IMG/VR virus record: IMGVR_UViG_3300046779_001827 | Span: 1 to 45,102 of that record | Strand: one strand, 5' to 3' | DNA: 45,102 bases | Source of the DNA: a virus | Lineage: Duplodnaviria; Caudoviricetes | Position numbers and translations under genes: made by a program | The notes under the pieces: model-generated | Seen by the model: only the letters and a program-made list of their open reading frames with translations | Told to the model about the DNA's origin: nothing | Database searches by the model: none | In this document: one piece after another, positions 8,661 through 15,817 of the stretch | Layout of the letters: each line of letters opens with the position of its first letter | Numbering within the stretch: position 1 is the stretch's first letter

Positions 8661-9167
8661 CTACTTCTTCAGCTTTGACTTGACGCCCCACTCGTGGCCA
8701 CGGTAGTGGTCAGTCTTTGTGGCGATGCTGTCTTGGATCTCGAAGAGGAGCTCTTGAGCTTCTTCGATTGCTTCTTCAGCCTTCTGCTGCTGGTCGTTCC
8801 AGAAAGCAATCATTTTCATTGCCTGCTGTGACTGAGTCTTGTCGCTCATGTCGTACGTCCAGCTGTCGAATCCCACGAAACAGCAAACCAGTTGATTGGT
8901 CTGCGTGTTGTAGTGGAACACGGGCTGAGCCTTCTTTGGGCGAGGAATTGCACGCTTTGCGACAGGAACCACGATGGGTTCGTCGATTGACTGCCATTCT
9001 CCGACCAAGTCGGCGACCATCTCAGCGAGTTGGTTGGTACGTGCGATTGTCGGAGTAATCGTCTTGTCGACGACCTCCTGCAGCTCGGCACGGAACATCC
9101 ACCTCATGACTGGGATGGTGATGAGCATCAACAGCGCGTAGGCTGCGATGAAGGTGATGGTTGCCAC
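8661..9167 (-). CDS. Membrane-anchored hypothetical protein, 168 aa
   Basis: N-terminal hydrophobic helix; AAGGAGG RBS with GTG start. Confidence 0.8.
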   Translation of the reverse strand: MATITFIAAYALLMLITIPVMRWMFRAELQEVVDKTITPTIARTNQLAEMVADLVGEWQSIDEPIVVPVAKRAIPRPKKAQPVFHYNTQTNQLVCCFVGFDSWTYDMSDKTQSQQAMKMIAFWNDQQQKAEEAIEEAQELLFEIQDSIATKTDHYRGHEWGVKSKLKK

Positions 9168-9298
9168 GATGGGCCTCCTTTTTTTGTTGGTTTATCTGAT
9201 GACAGATAGGCCACCCTTTTGGGTCTTAAACCTACCCATAAAGAAAGAACCCCATTTGGGGTCCTTTCTCCGGGATCGTTATCCCTGGTCGTGAGTTG

Positions 9299-9688
9299 TC
9301 AGCTCTTCTCGAACTCGAGCTTTGCCTTCTTCTCCTTGACGACCTTGATCTGCGCCAGCTTTGCTGCGTCGAAGCACTGGTTGATCCAGAGGACTCGACT
9401 TTGGTAGCTCTCGGCATCCGAGACTTCGTGCCTGGCTCCGTCGAACCAGTGTCCGAAGGTCCTGGAGCTGACGTCGGCGAGACCGAAGATGTGTGCGTTG
9501 AAGCTCTTGTCGTAGACCTTCCATGCCTTCTCTTCGTAGTCGCGAGCCTTCTCCATGTTGGAGTTGGCGTTGCGTGCGATCATCATCAGGATCGACAGGA
9601 GGATCTCCTGAACCTTCTTGATATCGCTGTAGAGCTCGAATGCGGACTGGTACTCCGCCTCTGCTCGCTGGATGGATGAGTGACGCAT
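9299..9688 (-). CDS. Helical hypothetical protein
   Basis: GGAGG RBS before MRHSSI. Confidence 0.8.
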   Translation of the reverse strand: MRHSSIQRAEAEYQSAFELYSDIKKVQEILLSILMMIARNANSNMEKARDYEEKAWKVYDKSFNAHIFGLADVSSRTFGHWFDGARHEVSDAESYQSRVLWINQCFDAAKLAQIKVVKEKKAKLEFEKS

Positions 9689-9831
9689 GTTTATTACCTC
9701 CATGCGGTTATCTGAGTGGCAAGATGAGGTTCTTCCACATCTTGGGGCTTGTTTACTACCCATAAAGAAGAAACCTTCTCACACCGCGCGAACGTGTGAA
9801 AAGGTTCTTCTTGTCGATGATCAGCTAATTG

Positions 9832-10041
9832 CTAGCTGACCTTGTCGTGCGAACGACCGCAGGCCTCGCACTTCATGTCGTCGGATGACCAGACGACGGG
9901 GGTGGACAGCTTGTTTGCTGCGTCACCGAGGTTCTGCTTCAGAACCTGGAGGTGCCAGGTGCAGAGAAGCAGGTTCAGGGCATCCGCGTCCTTGCGGAAG
10001 TGGATGCTGTGGATGGGACGGGTGTTCTTGCTTGAAGCCAT
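9832..10041 (-). CDS. Small putative zinc-binding protein, 69 aa
   Basis: AAGGAGG RBS; CTWH...CEAC. Confidence 0.75.
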   Translation of the reverse strand: MASSKNTRPIHSIHFRKDADALNLLLCTWHLQVLKQNLGDAANKLSTPVVWSSDDMKCEACGRSHDKVS

Positions 10042-10163
10042 GATGGCCCTCCTTGTTTGCAAGATCGCGCTGTTGAATAGGCAGGTCCTCCCTTTGAGGA
10101 CTTAAAACTATTCATAAAAAGAAAAACCACACTGGCTGTGTGGTATTCTTTTTGTAGAAGCCT

Positions 10164-10304
10164 CTACTTGTGGTTGCGGGGCTTCACGTTGTGGTTGGGG
10201 ATGTGCCTCCAGTGGCGGCGGGTCTCGAAGCAGTCGTGCTCCTTGAACCTGGGGTGGACGGGCTGCTGGAACGGCAGCACCGGGTTGTTCTTCTTGTACG
10301 CCAC
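10164..10304 (-). CDS. Small basic His-rich protein, 46 aa (not in ORF track)
   Basis: Read manually: MAYKKNNPVLPFQQPVHPRFKEHDCFETRRHWRHIPNHNVKPRNHK, after GGAGGTAAAAC-GTG. Confidence 0.7.
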   Translation of the reverse strand: MAYKKNNPVLPFQQPVHPRFKEHDCFETRRHWRHIPNHNVKPRNHK

Positions 10305-10418
10305 GTTTTACCTCCGTGGTTCGGGTCAGACCTTTTGGTCTATTTACTACCCATAAAAAGAAAACCCCCGGGAACCGAAGTCCCCAGGGGAAAGATTTTC
10401 TTTTTTTGTTCGTGCTTG

Positions 10419-10649
10419 TTAGCACTTGCCCAGCATGATGTCCTCGAGGTGACGACGAAGGGTGCTCTTGTACGAGGGCTCAGCCTCTTCGACCATCTTG
10501 TCAGCGATGGCGTACGCCTGCTTGGACATGATGATGCTGCGGAAGAAGTCCTTCTTCTTGAAGTACTCCTGCTGCATTGCGAGAGACCACCTCAGTGACT
10601 CGAAAGTCGCTTCGATTGTCTCCTCACCGGGAGTGATGAATGTTGCCAT
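10419..10649 (-). CDS. Hypothetical protein, 76 aa
   Basis: AAGGAG RBS; fills one unit. Confidence 0.8.
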   Translation of the reverse strand: MATFITPGEETIEATFESLRWSLAMQQEYFKKKDFFRSIIMSKQAYAIADKMVEEAEPSYKSTLRRHLEDIMLGKC

Positions 10650-10802
10650 GGGTATTTTCTCCTTTTTGTTTCAGGGGCCTTAGCCCTACCCATAAAAGAA
10701 AAACCTCCAAGGATTACTCCTCAGAGGTATTTCTTTTGTGCACTTGTGAGTAATAGAGGTGTGCAATTCCTCCAGATAGGGTATTAGCCCTACGCGACAC
10801 GA

Positions 10803-10988
10803 CTAGCGGTTGAGCATCTCGATGCTCCAGCGGTACGTGAGGGGCGTCTTCTCGTTGAGAGCGAGAATGCGTCCCTGTCCGTGCTGCTGACACGCGTCGT
10901 TCCAGCCATTCCGGCAGGTGCAAGCGTCGTAGTTAACGCCATCGCACTCTGCGCAGCAGGTGGCCGAATCGCAGTGGATCTTGGTCAT
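10803..10988 (-). CDS. Small Cys-rich protein, 61 aa
   Basis: AAGGAGGTG RBS; CCAEC, CTC...C..HG. Confidence 0.75.
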   Translation of the reverse strand: MTKIHCDSATCCAECDGVNYDACTCRNGWNDACQQHGQGRILALNEKTPLTYRWSIEMLNR

Positions 10989-11114
10989 TTCACCTCCTTT
11001 CCTTTGCTATAGGTGAATGAATGATCCCTTCTTGATAGATGACCTACATGATCTACAATCTATCTACAAAAGAAAAACCCCGGTTCTGTACAACCGAGGT
11101 AATTCTTTTGTTTA

Positions 11115-11390
11115 TTAGGCGTCGAGCTTGTCCGTCAGCCACGCCCATGCACCGGTCCAGGCGCATGCGATGAGCGTACCGACGAACGGCACGAGGGCCC
11201 ACCATGCGGAGGTGGAGTTCTCCGAGATGTGGACCGCCACGCCGATGAAGATGGCGATGAGCGGCAGGAACGTGAAGAACCCGACGAACCCGGTCACCTT
11301 GGCGCGGATGTTGTTGGTGTCGATCGTGCCGATCAGGCCGATCATGATGTTGAGAGCGATCGCGTACACGATCAGGAAGGTGTTGGACAT
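11115..11390 (-). CDS. Small membrane protein (about 3 TM)
   Basis: AGGAGG RBS before MSNTF; three hydrophobic segments. Confidence 0.8.
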   Translation of the reverse strand: MSNTFLIVYAIALNIMIGLIGTIDTNNIRAKVTGFVGFFTFLPLIAIFIGVAVHISENSTSAWWALVPFVGTLIACAWTGAWAWLTDKLDA

Positions 11391-11628
11391 GATTCCTCCT
11401 AGGAACATGTTAATGCGTAAACACGGGATGTGGATACGACTACTTGTACTATCAGTTGCCCGTTAGGGTCCAGTTTGTACTATCGCTAGTTATAAGCGCC
11501 TTTTTTATGGTTGAAATGGTAAACCGTTACGTGCGTACAGGCACGGGATAAAGGTCGTTAACCTACCCATAAAAAGAAAAAGCGTAAAACTACACTGGCT
11601 GTGTAGCATACGCTTCTTCTTTATTTAA

Positions 11629-11964
11629 TCAAGCTGTCTTACGAATCGACTGCTCGAAACGGTACATGTCCGAAGACACAACTCGCATTCTACGAGAAGC
11701 ACGGCGAAAATCAATTACGCAATTGATGATCATGATTACTGCAAACACGATTGCAGCAACGCCAGCAACGCCATGGAACAACAGGAAGAACATGCCTTCT
11801 GTTGAAACTGTGTATCCAAAGTACAGGTAGCTAGTGATAGCAACCAAAGCTGTACCGAGGAACATCATAACGATAGCGGCAATAGTATTCTCTTTCACGC
11901 TATACATCTCTGCATTTGCGCGATTGATATCTTGCCTTACCATTTGGATTGTGAAAATGTCCAC
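11629..11964 (-). CDS. Membrane protein (about 2 TM), 111 aa
   Basis: AGGAG RBS with GTG start; two hydrophobic segments. Confidence 0.75.
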   Translation of the reverse strand: MDIFTIQMVRQDINRANAEMYSVKENTIAAIVMMFLGTALVAITSYLYFGYTVSTEGMFFLLFHGVAGVAAIVFAVIMIINCVIDFRRASRRMRVVSSDMYRFEQSIRKTA

Positions 11965-12171
11965 TGTTTTCTCCTAATTAGGAATGCATATATACACGAT
12001 GTATATATGACTACTTCTGTACGACGCCGAAGCCAGCGTGCTGCTTAGCCCATAAAGGACACGGACGCACCGTAAGTATGGCCTTAGCCCTACCCATAAA
12101 AGAAAAACTCCTTTCGGAGTCTTTCTCTTCTTCCAGGTACTTAAACCCGGGATGATCCATACTGATAAATA

Positions 12172-12474
12172 TCAGTACTCTGCTGCTTCTTCGCAAGACG
12201 CACACCAGTCGCCATAACTGACAACAGGTGTTTCATCACACTTGTAGCATTTTGCAGCACATGCAACGTGCTCAGCTAAGAACTGTGTCTTTGCTTCGTG
12301 AGAAACAGGGACGTAGTAATCGTCCTCATCTTCCCACTGCAAAACTTCAGTCGCAAACCTGGAACCACAATTGCAGATCCATGTTACTGGCGCAAGGCGT
12401 CCCTGCGAGTCGTACTCAGACTCTGGATAACGCCCTATCCGTGTTGCATGGATGGATTCCGAAAGTGTGTACAT
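12172..12474 (-). CDS. Zinc-finger hypothetical protein, 100 aa; first gene of the leftward block
   Basis: AAGGAG RBS before MYTLSE; CNCG, CYKC, CASC. Confidence 0.75.
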   Translation of the reverse strand: MYTLSESIHATRIGRYPESEYDSQGRLAPVTWICNCGSRFATEVLQWEDEDDYYVPVSHEAKTQFLAEHVACAAKCYKCDETPVVSYGDWCASCEEAAEY

Positions 12475-12569
12475 TGCACACTCCTTTTCTTTCAGTATTT
12501 GAACGCAACTGAAACAGCGTAGATACCCATACCCCGGTGGCCTCGTTAAAGGTTTGCGGGACAACGTAT

Positions 12570-12680
12570 ATCCATAGGTACCCCCCTGAAAATTTTCCCT
12601 AAATTCCATAGGGTATGAATTTTATATAACCCTTTATAGGTTCAAAAATTTTTCCTAGAAATTTCCCCATATAGGTTGCA
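12570..12680. repeat. Imperfect tandem duplication with A/T tracts at the GC/AT boundary
   Basis: ATAGG at 12574, 12608, 12636 and 12671; unit ATAGG..AAAATTTT(T)CC..AAATT(T)CC..ATAGG occurs twice with a period of 62-63 bp. Confidence 0.7.
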
Positions 12681-12756
12681 AGGCCGGCGAAACACTGATA
12701 GTTTTTCTCTCACTGGTAACAGCCAGTAAAAACCACTACAAACAAAGGAAAACAAA

Positions 12757-12918
12757 ATGGCCCGCAAAAAGACACAAGTAGAAGATATGCCAATCTTAGA
12801 ATCTATTGAAGAGATAGAAGACTTCGTAGAGGCTTATACCATCGGAGGTTTCGATGCCTATAGAGATGCCTATGATGACATGAACTTCGATATGGACAAC
12901 TACGGATACGATTACTGA
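12757..12918 (+). CDS. Small acidic protein, 53 aa (not in ORF track)
   Basis: Read manually: MARKKTQVEDMPILESIEEIEDFVEAY...DY; AAAGGA RBS. Confidence 0.65.
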   Translation: MARKKTQVEDMPILESIEEIEDFVEAYTIGGFDAYRDAYDDMNFDMDNYGYDY

Positions 12919-12970
12919 TATCCCCATAGATTTTTTTATTCAATTAAAACAAACGTAGAAAGAAAAACAA

Positions 12971-13522
12971 ATGACCACAATGCCTAATAACACAATGGTA
13001 GCTTCAAGTAAACTTTTCAGAACAAAAGCACCATGGAGAATTAATGGATCCCTAATGGGACAGATAACAAAAGACCATGATGTCATATTGTTTAGTCATG
13101 ACTCAGGAGAGACAACATACGAACATATGTCAAAAAAAATAGGTAGATACCTCTACCACAGAGTTCAAAGAGAAGTTCAACATCTAACCTTTGTAGGTTA
13201 TGAACATGAGTGTAGATTAGTGTCTGATCTGTATGTAACTATGGGATTCAAGTTTGATACTGCGATTTTGATCAACAACATTCATCCACACTCTGTTTAT
13301 GATGCGATCTTGGGTCACACAAAGATTTATAACTTCTGGACAAAGACAGATGACTCATATGGTCCAATCAATGGAGCTGAAGAGAATCAGTACGTAAAAA
13401 CACTGATGCCAGCCCACATGTCCAATAGGCTGGCATCAGAGGTTAGTGGTTGTTTGATCTATGGCTCTTATGAAAAGAACTACTTAGAAAACAACAAACC
13501 TGTATTCAATTATGTAAGCTAG
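12971..13522 (+). CDS. Hypothetical protein, 183 aa (possible degenerate alpha/beta-hydrolase fold)
   Basis: ORF; HLTFVGYEHE...FDTAILIN resembles the hydrolase strand pattern but lacks the catalytic Ser. Confidence 0.65.
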   Translation: MTTMPNNTMVASSKLFRTKAPWRINGSLMGQITKDHDVILFSHDSGETTYEHMSKKIGRYLYHRVQREVQHLTFVGYEHECRLVSDLYVTMGFKFDTAILINNIHPHSVYDAILGHTKIYNFWTKTDDSYGPINGAEENQYVKTLMPAHMSNRLASEVSGCLIYGSYEKNYLENNKPVFNYVS

Positions 13523-13839
13523 AAATCGTCCTCATCACTTGGTGGACCGAGCTCGATCTCATCATCGCTAACGATATACACGTTAGGGCTGGTGGGGTCG
13601 AGCTCTCTTACTATGTCCTCTGTTGATTTGTTCATGAACTTAGCCATGTCTTCAACTAGTGACCATTGTTCGGGATCAAACATGGTAAGAACTAGATTGT
13701 CATCTTTGTCAGTATGAAACGTAGCGTAGTAATCACGCTCTAGTGAGCCAGAAGTAAAATCTACTTCCAGCATTTCGTCAGACTCAACAGATCTGACAGA
13801 CTCCATCAATCTTTTCAAGATGTCCCAGAAAGATTCCAT
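13519..13839 (-). CDS. Acidic hypothetical protein, 106 aa
   Basis: ORF track; convergent 4-bp overlap with the previous gene. Confidence 0.7.
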   Translation of the reverse strand: MESFWDILKRLMESVRSVESDEMLEVDFTSGSLERDYYATFHTDKDDNLVLTMFDPEQWSLVEDMAKFMNKSTEDIVRELDPTSPNVYIVSDDEIELGPPSDEDDF

Positions 13840-13911
13840 ATAGTTTTACTACCGTTTCTCTAAATTTAAAAAAAATATTAGGCCCGAAAAATTTGGGCGC
13901 GGTTTTGAACC

Positions 13912-14061
13912 TTATAGTACCTTTGAATCCTGGTGTTCGTAGATAAATATTAAAAGATCATCAATAGCTTTGTGTATTCTAGATAAAGACTTTTCTAATC
14001 TAAAAAGAAAAGATTCTGATTGAGAAAAATCTACAAAGACAACGTTGTCATCATCATTCAT
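13912..14061 (-). CDS. Small hypothetical protein, 49 aa
   Basis: Read manually: MNDDDNVVFVDFSQ...; GAGG RBS; coupled to the upstream gene. Confidence 0.5.
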   Translation of the reverse strand: MNDDDNVVFVDFSQSESFLFRLEKSLSRIHKAIDDLLIFIYEHQDSKVL

Positions 14062-14212
14062 CTATAACCTCTATCCAGTTATCTCCACACTCTCGGCATT
14101 CTACTCCAAATCTTAAACAGCTTTGTTCTTTTGAAGGAAGTGTCTTGATAATGAAGTTTGTTGGAACTGGACAATCAGGACAAGGATCAGGCTTGGGGAT
14201 TTTGTCCGACAA
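14054..14212 (-). CDS. Small zinc-ribbon protein (start 14212 TTG or 14224 ATG)
   Basis: Read manually: CPDC...CRECGDNW; overlaps the recA 3' end. Confidence 0.6.
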   Translation of the reverse strand: MSDKIPKPDPCPDCPVPTNFIIKTLPSKEQSCLRFGVECRECGDNWIEVIDE

Positions 14213-15191
14213 CTTGAATCTCATCCTTGATTTGATTGAAAAGCGTTTCGTTTTCTTTTAGCTGTGATAAAGCGTTTTCTCTGCCTTGAGCAAAGAGTTC
14301 TCCATGGTAATAGATCCATGCGCCCTTTTGCGTAAAAAGACCTTCTTCTATTGCGACATCAAGAACACATCCGTATTCATCAATACCTTTTCCATAAAGA
14401 ATATTAAACTCAGTAATCTTCATTGGGGGTGCCATCTTATTTTTGATGATCTTAGCTTTAGATACAATTCCTATTGCGTTGCCAGACTTATCTTTGATAT
14501 CTTCTTTCTTTCTGATATCAATTCTTACTGACGCTGCAAACTTAAGTGCCATACCACCAGGAGTTGTTTCTGGATTGCCGAACATCACACCAATTTTATT
14601 TCTTAATTGATTGATGAATATAAGAAGTGTTTTATGCTGATTAGCTAGACCGACAAGTTTACGCATTGCTTTAGCCATCATACGGGCCTGAAGACCCATC
14701 TGCTGAGACTCCATCTCTCCTTCAAGCTCTGCTTTTGGAATAAGAGATGCAACGGAGTCGATAACAATAACGCCAAGCTCACCAGTTCTAATAAGCTTGT
14801 CTACGATTTCTAGTGCTTGTTCGCCATAGTCTGGCTGAGCAAGTAATAGGTCATCTAAATTGATTCCAACAGCTTTCATATAAACTGGGTCTAATGCGTG
14901 TTCTGCATCGACGTATGCACAACGAATGCCAGCCTTTTGTGCCTGTGCAACAACTGACAGTGCTAAAGTAGATTTGCCAGATGATTCTGGTCCATAAACT
15001 TCTACTACTCTACCCTTTGGCAATCCTCCAATTCCAAGGATTCTGTCCAATGACATTGCGCCTGTTGGAATTGCCGGCCATGACTCAAATTCCGAAGAAC
15101 CAAGTCTCATAACTGAGCCGGAGCCAAATTGTTTTTCGATCTGAGCTATAGCTAATTCAAGCTGCTTAGATTCATTGGTAGTTTCTTTCAT
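14187..15191 (-). CDS. recA: Recombinase RecA
   Basis: GPESSGKST Walker A, YVDAEHALDP, IDSVA, FINQLR, GNPETTPGG. Confidence 0.98.
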   Translation of the reverse strand: MKETTNESKQLELAIAQIEKQFGSGSVMRLGSSEFESWPAIPTGAMSLDRILGIGGLPKGRVVEVYGPESSGKSTLALSVVAQAQKAGIRCAYVDAEHALDPVYMKAVGINLDDLLLAQPDYGEQALEIVDKLIRTGELGVIVIDSVASLIPKAELEGEMESQQMGLQARMMAKAMRKLVGLANQHKTLLIFINQLRNKIGVMFGNPETTPGGMALKFAASVRIDIRKKEDIKDKSGNAIGIVSKAKIIKNKMAPPMKITEFNILYGKGIDEYGCVLDVAIEEGLFTQKGAWIYYHGELFAQGRENALSQLKENETLFNQIKDEIQVVGQNPQA

Positions 15192-15406
15192 TGAGAATCT
15201 TTCTGTGAATGGTTTGCATCCATTTTAGCATACTGTGTGCTAGAGATCTCTTTGATCTTCTCAACTATCTTGTCTGCCATTTCTTTCATTTCTGATCTAG
15301 TTTTGTAGTCTGCACCTAGTGAGGTTGATCTAACTTTTTCTAACAGATCATATAGTTTCTTTAGTTCCCTGTTTGCTCCAGAATTATTTACTGACATTTT
15401 GTACAT
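15188..15406 (-). CDS. Hypothetical protein, 72 aa
   Basis: ORF coupled to recA (ATGA overlap). Confidence 0.7.
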   Translation of the reverse strand: MYKMSVNNSGANRELKKLYDLLEKVRSTSLGADYKTRSEMKEMADKIVEKIKEISSTQYAKMDANHSQKDSQ

Positions 15407-15467
15407 CGTCTTTCCAATCTTTTTAAATGATATAATAGAGGCGACAATTATACACTAGGAAACGAGA

Positions 15468-15632
15468 ATGAAAAAGAGAACTAACAGCCAAATTGATTCA
15501 AATCCAGATTATCTTCGAGCTAAGCTGCTTTTGAAAAACAAAATACACACCCCATTTGATTTGATTGTCTTCTGGTCCTTTTCAGGTCCATGTAGAGAGC
15601 CACATCCTTCAATAGAAGATATTTCAGAATAA
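15468..15632 (+). CDS. Small hypothetical protein, 54 aa
   Basis: Read manually: MKKRTNSQIDSNPDYLRAKLLL...; AGGA RBS; TGATATAAT extended -10 upstream. Confidence 0.5.
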   Translation: MKKRTNSQIDSNPDYLRAKLLLKNKIHTPFDLIVFWSFSGPCREPHPSIEDISE

Positions 15633-15633
15633 T

Positions 15634-15730
15634 TTGACACACAGCTTGACACTTATGCTATACTGGGTATTAGAGAGCCTAGATAGCATAGGTGTCCACA
15701 GTTGACAAAAACTGGTAAAGCAACTATAAA
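15634..15730 (+). promoter_or_regulatory. Sigma70/SigA-like promoter elements
   Basis: TTGACA at 15634, 15646 and 15702; extended -10 TGCTATACT at 15656; TTGACA-17bp-TATAAA at 15702-15730. Confidence 0.5.
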
Positions 15731-15817
15731 AAAATACGGTTCCCCAGATACAGTATCCTTAGTTACAATTTTTTTTTAAGTTACTATTAGGTTAGTTATA
15801 ATTAAATGTAGGTTGTT

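Larger units (their letters stand above)
655..12125 (-). repeat. Dispersed array of 20 intergenic elements: terminator-like hairpin + T-tract + TGG(G)TAG core
   Basis: Plus-strand core CTACC(C)AWAAAGAARA starts at 655, 3144, 3939, 4505, 5057, 5507, 6170, 6693, 7100, 7581, 8287, 8598, 9232, 9756, 10108 (variant CTATTC), 10347, 10686, 11060 (variant CTATCT), 11563 and 12090; each abuts a GC-rich hairpin. Confidence 0.95.

Noticed and set aside
9192-9232. CTGATGA as a hammerhead ribozyme core
   Set aside because: It is part of a simple TATCTG-ATGA-CAGATA hairpin; there is no stem II followed by GAAA, and it is on the non-coding strand.
655-12125. Repeat array as a CRISPR array or a classical integron
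   Set aside because: The intervals are whole genes of variable length; there are no cas genes, no attC-type RYYYAAC/GTTRRRY ends and no integrase in the window.
3898-12609. Extended N-termini in the ORF track (starts at 3945, 8309, 9763, 10425, 12609)
   Set aside because: They begin inside or upstream of the intergenic element; strong SD sequences support downstream starts. ORF 10108-10425 spans a junction and is replaced by 10164-10304.
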